Source of the DNA: Candidatus Nanopelagicales bacterium | GTDB taxonomy: Bacteria > Actinomycetota > Actinomycetes > S36-B12 > JAWKJK01 | Direction of reading: 5' to 3' | Length of the DNA stretch: 64,000 nucleotides | Assembly: GCA_041393815.1 (NCBI GenBank) | Contig: JAWKJK010000006.1 | Span: 103,858-167,857, forward strand | Part shown: positions 45,845 to 54,622 of the stretch, in pieces | How the letters are laid out: the number at the start of each line of letters is the position of its first letter | Position numbering within the stretch: the stretch's first letter is position 1 | The notes under the pieces: model-generated | Database searches by the model: none | Told to the model about the DNA's origin: nothing | What the model saw: only the letters and a program-made list of their open reading frames with translations | Position numbers and translations under genes: made by a program

Positions 45845-46169
45845 GCCGGTCGCCCGCGGCCAGGTCGTCGGCCGTGATGCGCACGGTCGGCGACTGCGGC
45901 AGCGAGTAGTACCCGACCGCCGCCGTGACCCGACCCGGGACGGCCTCCTGCAGGACGACGACCTCCCACCGGCCGGTGCGGCGGGAGTACCAGTGCCACC
46001 GCTCGGCCAGGCTGGCCAGTCCCCGCGCGCGGACGACGTCGTACGCCTCCTCGCGCGACGCGCCCCGGGCCAGCTCACCGTGGAACACGGTGCGTGCGGA
46101 CCACCCCTCCGCGTCCCGGGCCACGAAGCCCAGCAGCTCCCCGTCGTCGGGCCGTCGCACCTGCTCCAT
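45816..46169 (-). CDS. Hypothetical protein (117 aa)
   Basis: MEQVRRPDDGELLGFV...; protein-like composition, convergent with the antiporter. Confidence 0.55.
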   Translation of the reverse strand: MEQVRRPDDGELLGFVARDAEGWSARTVFHGELARGASREEAYDVVRARGLASLAERWHWYSRRTGRWEVVVLQEAVPGRVTAAVGYYSLPQSPTVRITADDLAAGDRLSPWSSPPA

Positions 46170-46286
46170 GCGCCCAGCCTGACGCGGACCGGGGGCCGTG
46201 GTCACCCCGGTTTCCCGGCGAGGATCACACCCCGGTCGGGACCTTCGCATGGGGCGGGCCCGCAAACCCGGTGCGACACTGCGGTC

Positions 46287-47402
46287 GTGGGCCCCGGGCC
46301 ACGCACCTCCTCGTGGCGCCCGGCCGACGCGGTCGTCGGGGGGAGCGCCCGATCGGCTGCGACGCCGTACTGGACCCTGGCCGCGTTCCTGCTCTTCGGG
46401 GGCCTGGTCGGGATCTCCCAGCTGTGGGTGTTCGAGGACCTGAACCCGGACCGGGTGCAGGCCCCGTTCGTCGGCGTCGTGGCGGTCCTCCTCGCCGTCC
46501 TGACCGTCGCCGTGCTCCCCCGGCTGCCGGGGTGGTGGCTCACCATCGTGGTCGGCGTGCTCGAGTTGCTGCTGTGCCACCTCGCGGCCACGTCCACCGA
46601 TCCGGAGATCCTGCAGGTCGTCCCGATCCTGATCGCCTGGGTGATGGTCTGGAACGGGTACTTCCTCTCGCGCCAGGCCCTGCTGGTCCACCTCGTGCTG
46701 GTCTCGGCCGTCTACCTGGTGGCGATCCAGGTGAACCCGCAGTGGATCGGGTGGTTCGGCTATGCGGTGACAGTCGTCAGCTTCACCGCGCTCGCGTTGC
46801 TCATCCACCACCTGGCCGCCACCCTGCGGGACAACGCGACCCACGACCCGCTGACCGGGTGCCTCAACCGCGCCGGGCTCGGGGTGGCGGCCGACCGCGC
46901 CCGGGCGTCCGCCGCCCGGGAGGGTCAGGACATCCACGTCGCCGTCCTCGACATCGACGCGTTCAAGGAGTTCAACGATCGGCACGGCCACGTGGCCGGG
47001 GACCGGCTGCTGCGGCACGCGGCGACCCAGTGGCGGGCGGAGCTGCGGCCGCAGGACCTGTTGGCCCGGGTGGGCGGCGACGAGTTCGTGGTCGTACTGC
47101 CCGGCGCCACCCGGACCGGCGTCGACGCCGTCCGGACCCGCCTGCACGCCAGCCGCGACCTGCGCTGGTCCTGGGGGGCCGTGCGCTGGCGGCCGGACGA
47201 GAGCCTCCAGGCGGCCCTGGACCGGGCCGACCGGGAGATGTACGCGATGAAGCGGCGGCGGGCGGTGGCACCGATGCATCCCCTGGCCGACGTCCCGTGC
47301 TCGGGGTGGCTGCCGGGGTCGCGATCGTCCCGTTCCTCAGGAGGCGAGTACGACGGAGGCGACGTGCTCGCCGACGGCGAGGGCGCTGGTCCATCCGGGT
47401 GA
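46287..47402 (+). CDS. Membrane-bound diguanylate cyclase (GGDEF); start approximate
   Basis: About 6 TM; HDPLTGCLNR, LDIDAFKEFNDRHGH..GD, RVGGDEF. Confidence 0.88.
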   Translation: MGPGPRTSSWRPADAVVGGSARSAATPYWTLAAFLLFGGLVGISQLWVFEDLNPDRVQAPFVGVVAVLLAVLTVAVLPRLPGWWLTIVVGVLELLLCHLAATSTDPEILQVVPILIAWVMVWNGYFLSRQALLVHLVLVSAVYLVAIQVNPQWIGWFGYAVTVVSFTALALLIHHLAATLRDNATHDPLTGCLNRAGLGVAADRARASAAREGQDIHVAVLDIDAFKEFNDRHGHVAGDRLLRHAATQWRAELRPQDLLARVGGDEFVVVLPGATRTGVDAVRTRLHASRDLRWSWGAVRWRPDESLQAALDRADREMYAMKRRRAVAPMHPLADVPCSGWLPGSRSSRSSGGEYDGGDVLADGEGAGPSG

Positions 47403-48548
47403 GACCGCGTTGAGCACGTGGGTGGACCGGTCGTCGCCCCGCACCACGAAGTCCATCTCCAGCCGGCCGGACTCCCGGTGCAGCAGCTGGGCGCGCACGC
47501 CGGGGCGGCCGCGGACCCGGAAGGCGCGCTCCGGCAGGTCGTCCACGAGCGCGCAGGCGCGGTGCACCAGCCAGCGGCGGGAGTACTTCGGCACCTCGCT
47601 GCGCAGGAGTGCGGGCACGTCATGGTGGGGGCTTCGCAGGAAGCGCGGCAGCGCCCGCGCGATCTCGCCGCTCTCGTGCCGGGCCAGCCCGGGGACGCGG
47701 CCGTAGTCCTCGCGACGCAGCGCCGGGATCGCGGTCGGGCCGACCTTGACCCGGCCGTCGACGGTCACCGTCAGGTGGACGCCCAGGAACGGGTTGCGCG
47801 GGTCCGGCACCGGGTAGACGTGCCGGGTGAGCCAGCCGGGCGGCAGGTCCGCGTACCAGTACAGGCCCTTGAACGGCAGCATCACGTAGTCGTCGCACTG
47901 GCCGAACCAGCTCGCCAACCGGTCGGCGTACAGCCCGGCGGTGTTCACGACGTGACCGGCGGCGATGGTGCCGGTCGTGGTCCGGACCAGCCCCGGTGCG
48001 GCGCCGACGACCGCCACGCCGAGGCGTACGTCCCCGCCGCGCGCGCGGACCCGTGCCGCCAGGGCCTCCACCACGGCGGCGGGATCCGCGACCGAGGTCG
48101 TGGGGGACCAGATCGCCGCCCGGTGAGTGACGGCGCGGGGCTCCAGCTCGCGCAGCCCCTGCTCGTCCACCCGCTCCAGCGGGACCCCGTTGGCCTCGCC
48201 GCGGCGGAGCAGCTGCGCCAGTGCGGGCAGCTCGTCCTCGCTGCGTGCCACGACGACCTTGCCGCAGCGGCGGACCGCGACCCCCGCCTCCTCGCAGAAG
48301 GCGTGCAGCAGGACGTTGCCGCGCCGGGTGAGCCGGGCCTTGAGGCTGTCCGGGGAGTAGTAGAAGCCGGCGTGCAGCACGCCGCTGTTGCGGCCGGAGG
48401 CGTGCGCGGCCAGCCGCGGCTCCTTCTCGAGCACCCGTACGGTGAGGTCGGGGTCGCGGGCCAGCAGCGCGTCGGCGACCGCCAGGCCGACGATGCCGCC
48501 GCCGACCACGACCACGTCGCCGGACCCGCTCGCGCTCCTCGGGCTCAC
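47337..48548 (-). CDS. lhgO: L-2-hydroxyglutarate oxidase-like FAD oxidoreductase
   Basis: VVVVGGGIVG, HASGRNSGVLHAGFYY, YPVPDP..PFLGVH, GVRAQ, LNAVSPGWTS. Confidence 0.85.
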   Translation of the reverse strand: MSPRSASGSGDVVVVGGGIVGLAVADALLARDPDLTVRVLEKEPRLAAHASGRNSGVLHAGFYYSPDSLKARLTRRGNVLLHAFCEEAGVAVRRCGKVVVARSEDELPALAQLLRRGEANGVPLERVDEQGLRELEPRAVTHRAAIWSPTTSVADPAAVVEALAARVRARGGDVRLGVAVVGAAPGLVRTTTGTIAAGHVVNTAGLYADRLASWFGQCDDYVMLPFKGLYWYADLPPGWLTRHVYPVPDPRNPFLGVHLTVTVDGRVKVGPTAIPALRREDYGRVPGLARHESGEIARALPRFLRSPHHDVPALLRSEVPKYSRRWLVHRACALVDDLPERAFRVRGRPGVRAQLLHRESGRLEMDFVVRGDDRSTHVLNAVSPGWTSALAVGEHVASVVLAS

Positions 48549-48583
48549 CGCGGACCACCTCCGCCCTCCGCGCCATCCCACCA

Positions 48584-48636
48584 CGCGCCGTCTCTCGGCC
48601 GCGCGCCGTCTTTCGGCCGCGCGCCGTCTGGGGCCG
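48584..48636. repeat. 18-bp tandem repeat, about 3 copies
   Basis: CGCGCCGTCT(C/T)TCGGCCG at 48584 and 48602; degenerate copy at 48620. Confidence 0.75.
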
Positions 48637-48648
48637 CCCGCTCTCCCA

Positions 48649-48707
48649 CGAGTGCTGCCCCGTGGGGGTTGCGGGACCGTCCCGAAACCCCCACGCGCGA
48701 GCACTCG
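48649..48707. repeat. REP-like palindromic element, copy 1
   Basis: CGAGTGCTGCCCCGTGGGGGTT...AACCCCCACGCGCGAGCACTCG 22-bp arms with inner CGGGAC/GTCCCG pairing. Confidence 0.8.
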
Positions 48708-48752
48708 ACGGGGTTGGGGGGTGAGGAATGCAGGGGCGGGCGCGGGTGTTTA

Positions 48753-48772
48753 ATATCGACAGACATCTATGT
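48753..48772. promoter_or_regulatory. Imperfect palindrome resembling an ArsR/SmtB-type operator
   Basis: ATATCGA-N6-TCTATGT in an AT-rich patch just before the Cys-rich mini-ORF. Confidence 0.4.
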
Positions 48773-48789
48773 ATGTGGAGGCGAGCGAG

Positions 48790-48885
48790 ATGCTGCACAC
48801 CCCGGACGCGCTGAGCAGGTCCCTACTCACCCTGCGGGTCGAGGACCTGCGCGACGCGGCCACCTGCTGCCGCACCTGCTGCTGA
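48790..48885 (+). CDS. Small Cys-rich peptide (31 aa; 38 aa if the in-frame ATG at 48769 is used)
   Basis: GGAGG RBS 9 nt upstream; MLHTPDALSRSLLTLRVEDLRDAATCCRTCC. Confidence 0.55.
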   Translation: MLHTPDALSRSLLTLRVEDLRDAATCCRTCC

Positions 48886-48924
48886 GGCACCGAGCGCGCA
48901 CCCCCGCGGAACCGCCCGCCCCAT

Positions 48925-48989
48925 CGTCGAGTGCTCGCGCGTGGGGGTTCCAGGCCCGTCCCGAAACCCCCACGGGCGAGCACTCGACG
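48925..48989. repeat. REP-like palindromic element, copy 2
   Basis: CGTCGAGTGCTCGCGCGTGGGGGTT...AACCCCCACGGGCGAGCACTCGACG, 25-bp arms with 1 mismatch; shares GTCCCGAAACCCCCACG.GCGAGCACTCGACGG with copy 1. Confidence 0.85.
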
Positions 48990-49003
48990 GAGGGGCGGCG
49001 GGG

Positions 49004-49696
49004 CTAGCTGGCAGGGGTGGGGCCGTTGGCCACCCGGGAGCCGTCGGGACCCGGGACCAGCCGGACGACCCGATCGGCGACCAGCGCCGCCTCGTGCGGG
49101 TCGTGCGTGACGTGCACCGCCGGGATGCCGAGCGCGCGCAGCAGGTCCCGGACCTCCTGCCCGAGCCGGTCCCGCAGGTCCCGGTCGAGCGCGCCGAACG
49201 GCTCGTCCAGCAGCAGCAGGCGGGGTCGGGGGGCCAGCGCGCGCGCGAGCGCCACCCGCTGGGCCTGGCCTCCCGACAGCGTGTCGACGTGCCGGCGTCC
49301 GTACCCGTCGAGGTCGACCAGGCTCAGCAGTTCGGCCACCCGCGTCCGCCGCTGCTCGGCGGGCAGGCCGAGGGACTCCAGGCCGTAGCCGACGTTGCCG
49401 GCCACGTCCCGGTGCGGGAACAGCACCGCGTCCTGGAACACCAACCCGATCCGTCGCAGGTGCGCGGGGATGGGGCCGAGATCCGTTCCGTCCCAGCGCA
49501 CTTCGCCCGCATCGGGCTCGAGCAGTCCGGCCACGACCCGCAGCAGCGTCGACTTCCCCGAGCCGCTGGGGCCGAGCAGCGCCACCGACTCCTCCGGCCG
49601 GACCCGCAGGTCCACCCCGTCGAGCACCGGCTCGCCGTCCAGCACCACCCGCAGCCCCGAGACGGCGAGGCCGGCGTCCGGGCCGAACGCAGTCAT
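49004..49696 (-). CDS. thiQ: Thiamine ABC transporter ATP-binding subunit
   Basis: GPSGSGKS, LSGGQAQR, LLDEPF; last gene of a TPP-riboswitch operon. Confidence 0.82.
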   Translation of the reverse strand: MTAFGPDAGLAVSGLRVVLDGEPVLDGVDLRVRPEESVALLGPSGSGKSTLLRVVAGLLEPDAGEVRWDGTDLGPIPAHLRRIGLVFQDAVLFPHRDVAGNVGYGLESLGLPAEQRRTRVAELLSLVDLDGYGRRHVDTLSGGQAQRVALARALAPRPRLLLLDEPFGALDRDLRDRLGQEVRDLLRALGIPAVHVTHDPHEAALVADRVVRLVPGPDGSRVANGPTPAS

Positions 49697-51387
49697 CACA
49701 GCCCGCCGCTGGGCCGGCCGCGCAGCCGCTCGGTGGCCAGCACCAGCGCCGCTGTGACGAGCACCAGGACCACCGCCAGCGCGGCAGCCTGGCCGGCGTT
49801 GGCCTCGCCGGGCCGCGACAGCAGCGCCCCGATCTGGACCGGCAGGGTCGGGGTGTCCGACCGCGCCAGGAAGGAGGTCGCCCCGAACTCCCCGAGGGAC
49901 ACCGCGGTGGCGAACCCGGCGCCGATGCCGAGCGCGCGCGCCAGCGCGGGCAGGTCGACCGTGCGCCAGGTCCGTCCGGGCGGGGCGCCCAGTGTGGCCG
50001 CGACCTCCCGCAGCCGCGGGTCCACCGAGCGCAGTACCGGCAGCACCGTGGCGACCACCAGGGGGACCGCGATCAGCGCATGACCGATCGGGACGATCAG
50101 CGCCGACCCGCGCAGGTCGACGGGGGCGCGCGAGAACGTGATCAGCAGCCCGAAGCCGAGCGTGACCGCGCTGGTCCCCAGCGGCAGAAGCACCGCGGAG
50201 CCCAGGGCGTCGCTCCCCCTCCGGGCGTACGCGATCGCGCTGGCCGCCGCGCCCCCGATGACGACCGCCAGCACGACCGTCACCAGGGCATACGTCAGCG
50301 AGACGCGCGCGGAGTCCCAGGCCGCCACGTCCCGCGTGGTGGGCCCGGCGGTCGTCAGCGCGGCCCACCAGTCCAGACCCCAGCCGTCGCCGACCCGCAG
50401 CGACCGCACGGCCAGCGCGACCATCGGCGCGACCACGTACGCCGCCTCGAGCAGCACCAGCAGCACCAGCAGCCGGTCGCCCCACGTCCGTGGCCGGTGC
50501 AGGACCGCGTCCGCGCGGGCCCAGCGCTGCCGCACGGACAGCCGGCGCTGCAGGACCGCGGCGACGACCAGCACGAGGCCGACCGCGAGCACCTGCAGCA
50601 GGCACAGCGCGGCGGCTCCGGGCAGGTCGAACAGCTGCACGGTGCGCCGGTAGATCTCCACCTCCAGCGTCGCCGTGGTGGGACCGCCGAGGGTGAGCAC
50701 CACCCCGAACGAGGTGAACGTGAAGAGGAACACCAGCGCGGCGGACGCGAGCACCGCCGGTCGCAGCAGCGGCCAGGTCACGGTGCGGAACACCCGCACC
50801 GGTCCCGCCCCGAGGGTCCGCGCGGCCTCCTCCTGCCGCGGGTCCAGGTGCGCCCACAGCCCGCCGACCACCCGGATCACGACGGCGAGGTTGAAGAACA
50901 CGTGGGCGGCCAGGATGGCGGCCAGCGTCCCGGTCCAGCCGGACGGGAGCAGGGCCCGGAACGCCGCGCCGACGACGATGGTCGGCAGCACGAACGGCAC
51001 GGTCATCAACGCCAGCAGCCCGCGGCGCCCCGGGATGCGCATGCGGTGCAGCACGTACGCCGCCGGGATCCCCAGGAGCAGCGTGAGAGCGGTGCTCAGC
51101 ACCGCCTGGACCGCCGTGAAGCCGGCGACCCGCCAGGTCTGCGCCGACGTGAGGACGTCCAGCGCGGACGGGTCGACGCTGCGCGCCAGGACGGTCACCA
51201 GCGGCCAGGCGAAGAACACCCCCAGGAACGCCAGCGGAAGCAGCCCGAACCACAGTGCCCGCGGCGGTGTGACCCGGCGGCGGTCATGCGGCCGCGCACC
51301 GCGGACGGGTGGCGCGGCGGTCGCGGTCGGGGGCAGCCCCGCGGTCGTGGTCAGCGCAGCACCACCTGGGTCCAGGCGTCGACCCAT
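49696..51387 (-). CDS. thiP: Thiamine ABC transporter permease (two BPD_transp_1 halves); true start probably near 51354
   Basis: VPFVLPTIVVG, EEAARTLGA, EVAATLGA EAA loops; SLGEFGAT. Confidence 0.85.
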   Translation of the reverse strand: MGRRLDPGGAALTTTAGLPPTATAAPPVRGARPHDRRRVTPPRALWFGLLPLAFLGVFFAWPLVTVLARSVDPSALDVLTSAQTWRVAGFTAVQAVLSTALTLLLGIPAAYVLHRMRIPGRRGLLALMTVPFVLPTIVVGAAFRALLPSGWTGTLAAILAAHVFFNLAVVIRVVGGLWAHLDPRQEEAARTLGAGPVRVFRTVTWPLLRPAVLASAALVFLFTFTSFGVVLTLGGPTTATLEVEIYRRTVQLFDLPGAAALCLLQVLAVGLVLVVAAVLQRRLSVRQRWARADAVLHRPRTWGDRLLVLLVLLEAAYVVAPMVALAVRSLRVGDGWGLDWWAALTTAGPTTRDVAAWDSARVSLTYALVTVVLAVVIGGAAASAIAYARRGSDALGSAVLLPLGTSAVTLGFGLLITFSRAPVDLRGSALIVPIGHALIAVPLVVATVLPVLRSVDPRLREVAATLGAPPGRTWRTVDLPALARALGIGAGFATAVSLGEFGATSFLARSDTPTLPVQIGALLSRPGEANAGQAAALAVVLVLVTAALVLATERLRGRPSGGL

Positions 51388-52469
51388 GCGGTGCGGCCGG
51401 CGTCGACCTGCGCGGGGTCCAGCGTCAGCGGGTCCGCGGGGACCGCGGCGAAGTCGGTGAACACCTGCGGCAGTGGCGTCCCGCTGACGGCCGGGAAGAC
51501 GAACATGGACAGCGGCACGTCGGCCTGGACCGCCGGCGACAGCAGCCAGTCGACGACCAGCCGGGCCGCCTCGGGCTGCTCGGTGCCCGCGAGCACCCCG
51601 GCGTACTCGATCTGCCGGTAGCAGCCGTCGGTCAGCACCGACGTCGAGGGCTTCGTCGGCTTGGGGTCGGCGGCGTACACGATCTCCGCCGGCGGGCTGG
51701 ACGCGTACGACACCACCAGCGGCCGGGTCCCGTCGCCACCACCCGCGGTGAACTCGCCCTGGTAGGCCTCGGTCCAGCCGTTCGCCACCGTCACGCCGTT
51801 GTCGCGCAACCGGGCCCAGTAGTCCTCGAACCCGTCCTCGCCGTACCGCGCGACCGTGGCGAGCAGGAACGCCAGGCCCGGCGAGGACGTGGCCGGATTC
51901 TCCACGACCAGCAGGTCCCGATAGCGCGGGTCGGCGAGGTCCTCCAGCGTGGCCGGTGGCGCCAGGTCGGCGTCGGCGAACCAGGCGTCGTCGATGTTGA
52001 CGCAGACGTCGCCGTAGTCGACGGGGGTGACGACGCCGGCGCCGGAGTCCACCAGATCCGCGGGCACGCCGGCCGCGGCGGGAGACACGTACGCGTCGAA
52101 CACGCCCGCGTCGACCGCGCGCGACAGCAGGGTGTTGTCGACCCCGAACAGCACGTCGCCCTCGGGGTTGCCGGCCGTGAGGGCGGCCTTGTTGACCAGC
52201 TCACCCGCGTCGCCGGCCTGCGCGATCCGCAGGGTCACGCCGGTGCTGCGCTCCAGCTCGTCCAGCAGGTCCGTCGAGAGGGCGAACGAGTCGTGGGTGA
52301 GCAGCGTGACCGTCGTCGGGGCGACCGAGGTGACCGGAGTGGCGCTGGTATCCGCGGCTGCCGTCGCGCCGCCGGAGTCCGACGACGTCGGGCCCGCGCC
52401 GGCCGAGCAGGCGGCGAGGGCGACGCTCACGGTCGCCGCGGCCACCAGGTGGGAGAAGGGGATTCGCAC
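51351..52469 (-). CDS. thiB: Thiamine ABC transporter substrate-binding lipoprotein
   Basis: Lipobox LAAC; LLTHDSF, GDVLFGVDN, ATSSPGLAF, VVSYASSP, CYRQIEYAG; downstream of a TPP riboswitch. Confidence 0.88.
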   Translation of the reverse strand: MRIPFSHLVAAATVSVALAACSAGAGPTSSDSGGATAAADTSATPVTSVAPTTVTLLTHDSFALSTDLLDELERSTGVTLRIAQAGDAGELVNKAALTAGNPEGDVLFGVDNTLLSRAVDAGVFDAYVSPAAAGVPADLVDSGAGVVTPVDYGDVCVNIDDAWFADADLAPPATLEDLADPRYRDLLVVENPATSSPGLAFLLATVARYGEDGFEDYWARLRDNGVTVANGWTEAYQGEFTAGGGDGTRPLVVSYASSPPAEIVYAADPKPTKPSTSVLTDGCYRQIEYAGVLAGTEQPEAARLVVDWLLSPAVQADVPLSMFVFPAVSGTPLPQVFTDFAAVPADPLTLDPAQVDAGRTAWVDAWTQVVLR

Positions 52470-52477
52470 GGGGTCCG

Positions 52478-52567
52478 TCCCTCCGCTGGCATTACCCAGT
52501 TCAGGTTCGAGGGTCGGTGGCGGGCGGCCACCCTCTCAGCCCGGCGATCCCCCGAGCTCCCCTGGTG
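52478..52567 (-). ncRNA. TPP riboswitch
   Basis: Minus strand CAGGGGAGC...GGCTGAGAG...GACCCTCGAACCTGAACTGGGTAATGCCAGCGGAGGGA. Confidence 0.95.
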
Positions 52568-52589
52568 TGCAGTTGTGCGCACCAGGCTA

Positions 52590-52845
52590 CCCCGTTCTGG
52601 TTCATTGCCTCGATGTCGCTGCTGGCCGGCTTCGTGTGCGCCTACCCGATGAACTGGTGGCTGGTGTCTCACGGCATGAAGCACGGGATGATCACCGTGC
52701 TGGCGAAGGAGCGCGAGCCGGGTCGGCCGAGCACTCCGGCGGGGAGCAGCCCTCCCCGGGGCAGAAGGCCGCGATGGCCGCGCTGTCCGTGGTGATCCTG
52801 GCCGCGGCGCTCGTGGTCGTGCAGGTGTCCGCACCCGCGATGTGA
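52590..52845 (+). pseudogene. 5'-truncated, frameshifted remnant of a DUF4396-like membrane protein
   Basis: FWFIASMSLLAGFVCAYPMNWWLVSHGMKHGM in one frame; continuation ...KAAMAALSVVILAAALVVV in another frame; no N-terminal part. Confidence 0.6.
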
Positions 52846-52883
52846 CGGCTGGGTCGATGTGACGGCGGGGTCGACGAGCGGGC

Positions 52884-53210
52884 TCAGCCGGCGGCGGAGA
52901 GCACCGCGGTGCGCGCGTCCCCGCTGGCGTCGAGGACGACCCGCAGCCCCATGCTGTCGAGCATCCGGGCCATCCCGGCGCCGAACCGCTGCGCCACCAC
53001 CGTGTCGACGTCGTGGTCCTTGAGGAACCGCACGACGCGGGCGTGGTGGGCCCCCTCCGTCCCCTCGTCGTGCAGGACGTCCCAGCCGACGTCGACCCGC
53101 TCGTAGTCGGTCACCGCACCGTCGGCCACGGTGACCAGGGCCACGGTGGCGGCGCGGCCGAGCCCCGGCTCCACGGTGTCCTCGGGCGTGACCGGGACGA
53201 GCGCAATCAT
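52884..53210 (-). CDS. NifB/NifX-family (FeMo-co biosynthesis domain) protein
   Basis: 108 aa; GRAATVALV, HHARVVRFLKDHDVDTVVAQRFGAGM. Confidence 0.7.
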   Translation of the reverse strand: MIALVPVTPEDTVEPGLGRAATVALVTVADGAVTDYERVDVGWDVLHDEGTEGAHHARVVRFLKDHDVDTVVAQRFGAGMARMLDSMGLRVVLDASGDARTAVLSAAG

Positions 53211-53791
53211 GACGGAACCTCCTTGCGGGAGTAGAAGAACGCCGCGACGACGCCACCCAGGGCGCCGCCGAGGTGGCCGAGCCAGGAGACGCCCGCGGGC
53301 ACCATGAACGGCACGGCGCCGAGCAGCAGACCCCCGTACATCAGCAGCACGCCCACGGCGACGAGGACGTCGAGCCAGTGCCGGGTCAGCGCCCCCGCGG
53401 TGATCAGGTACGTCAGCAGGCCGAAGACCAGCCCGCTGGCGCCGATCGTGACGGTGCCGCTCGACCCGAACAGCCAGACGACGGACCCGCCCACGAGCAC
53501 GATCGTGACGACGACGGACCAGAAGCGGCTCGCCGCCCGCCAGGACACGATGATCCCCAGGACCAGCAGCGGGATCGTGTTGGCCAGCAGGTGGCCGAAC
53601 CCGTTGTGCAGGAACGGCGACAGCGGGATCCCGACGAGACCGCCGAGGGTTCGGCTGCGGATCCCCCAGCTGTCGGCATCGACCGGCAGCAGCCAGTCCA
53701 GCGCCTCGGCGACCCACATGGCGGCTACCAGCACGACGACGGGGAGCACGACGCTGCGCCGCCCCTCGCGCGTCGCGACCTCGGATCCCAT
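53207..53791 (-). CDS. Rhomboid-family intramembrane serine protease
   Basis: SPFLHNGFGHLLANT, IGASG (Ser), SWLGHLGG (His). Confidence 0.88.
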   Translation of the reverse strand: MGSEVATREGRRSVVLPVVVLVAAMWVAEALDWLLPVDADSWGIRSRTLGGLVGIPLSPFLHNGFGHLLANTIPLLVLGIIVSWRAASRFWSVVVTIVLVGGSVVWLFGSSGTVTIGASGLVFGLLTYLITAGALTRHWLDVLVAVGVLLMYGGLLLGAVPFMVPAGVSWLGHLGGALGGVVAAFFYSRKEVPS

Positions 53792-53900
53792 GCCCGCCAG
53801 TATCGCCCGCGCGCCTCAGGGACCGCCTCAGGGTCGGGTCAGGGACGGTCCGGGGTGGATCCCCGATGTGCTGGCGCCCGCCGGTGACGACGCTGGAGCC

Positions 53901-54251
53901 ATGACGAACTCCCCCTATGACACGTACGCATCCCAGGGCCCCGCCGCGCCGTTGGCCGGCCCCTACCGCCCGCTGCGCCGTTCCTCGACCGACCGGGTCC
54001 TCGGCGGCGTCTGCGGCGGGCTGGCGGAGTACCTGCGGGTCGACCCCGTCGTGGTCCGCATCCTGGCCGTGGTGCTCGCCGTGTTCGGCGGCAGCGGCGT
54101 CCTGCTCTACCTGGTCGGCTGGCTGGTCATCCCCGAGCAGGGGCACCAGCAGTCGGTGGCCGAGCGGGTCCTCCGCCCGCAGCCCCCCGCCGCCGGGTAC
54201 CCGCAGCCCCCTGCCGCCGGGTATGGGCAGGAGCCACCCCAGCAGGCATGA
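53901..54251 (+). CDS. PspC domain protein
   Basis: LRRSSTDRVLGGVCGGLAEYLRVDPVVVRI...LYLVGWLVIP. Confidence 0.9.
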   Translation: MTNSPYDTYASQGPAAPLAGPYRPLRRSSTDRVLGGVCGGLAEYLRVDPVVVRILAVVLAVFGGSGVLLYLVGWLVIPEQGHQQSVAERVLRPQPPAAGYPQPPAAGYGQEPPQQA

Positions 54252-54258
54252 TGCGCGG

Positions 54259-54588
54259 GTGCGCACCCTGCGGATCATCGGCCTGCTCATGTTCGCGTAC
54301 GGCGCGGTCATGCTCGTCCTGCTGGCCACGCCGGCGCGCGACTGGGCGCTGGACCACAGCATCGCCCGCTACGTCAGCCTCACCGACCGGCGGGTGAACA
54401 ACGTCGTCGACACCGCGGACCTGCCGATGGCCATCGCGGGCAGCGCGGTGGTGATGTTCGCGGGAGCCTGGATCGGCCTGCTGGTGCCGTGGGTGATGAA
54501 GCGGAACACCGGCCGGATGCGAGCGCAGATCGAGGCCGACCTGCAGACGCCGTCGGCAGGGACGCCGCGCCCCGACCAGCCCGCCTGA
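54259..54588 (+). CDS. Small 2-TM membrane protein
   Basis: Two hydrophobic helices; follows pspC. Confidence 0.55.
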   Translation: MRTLRIIGLLMFAYGAVMLVLLATPARDWALDHSIARYVSLTDRRVNNVVDTADLPMAIAGSAVVMFAGAWIGLLVPWVMKRNTGRMRAQIEADLQTPSAGTPRPDQPA

Positions 54589-54622
54589 CACGGCTGCCAG
54601 CGCCGTCCCCGCGCCCCGCGCC

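Noticed and set aside
47337-47402. 66-bp 3' overlap between the DGC and lhgO
   Set aside because: Convergent tail overlaps are common in high-GC genomes, and both catalytic cores end before the overlap.
48584-48636. 18-bp tandem repeat as a regulatory array
   Set aside because: GC-only and degenerate, with no recognisable operator; probably slippage-derived.
48649-48989. Paired palindromes as CRISPR repeats or IS ends
   Set aside because: Only two ~60-bp copies with a 220-bp gap; each is its own hairpin; no cas or transposase. Kept as REP-like elements.
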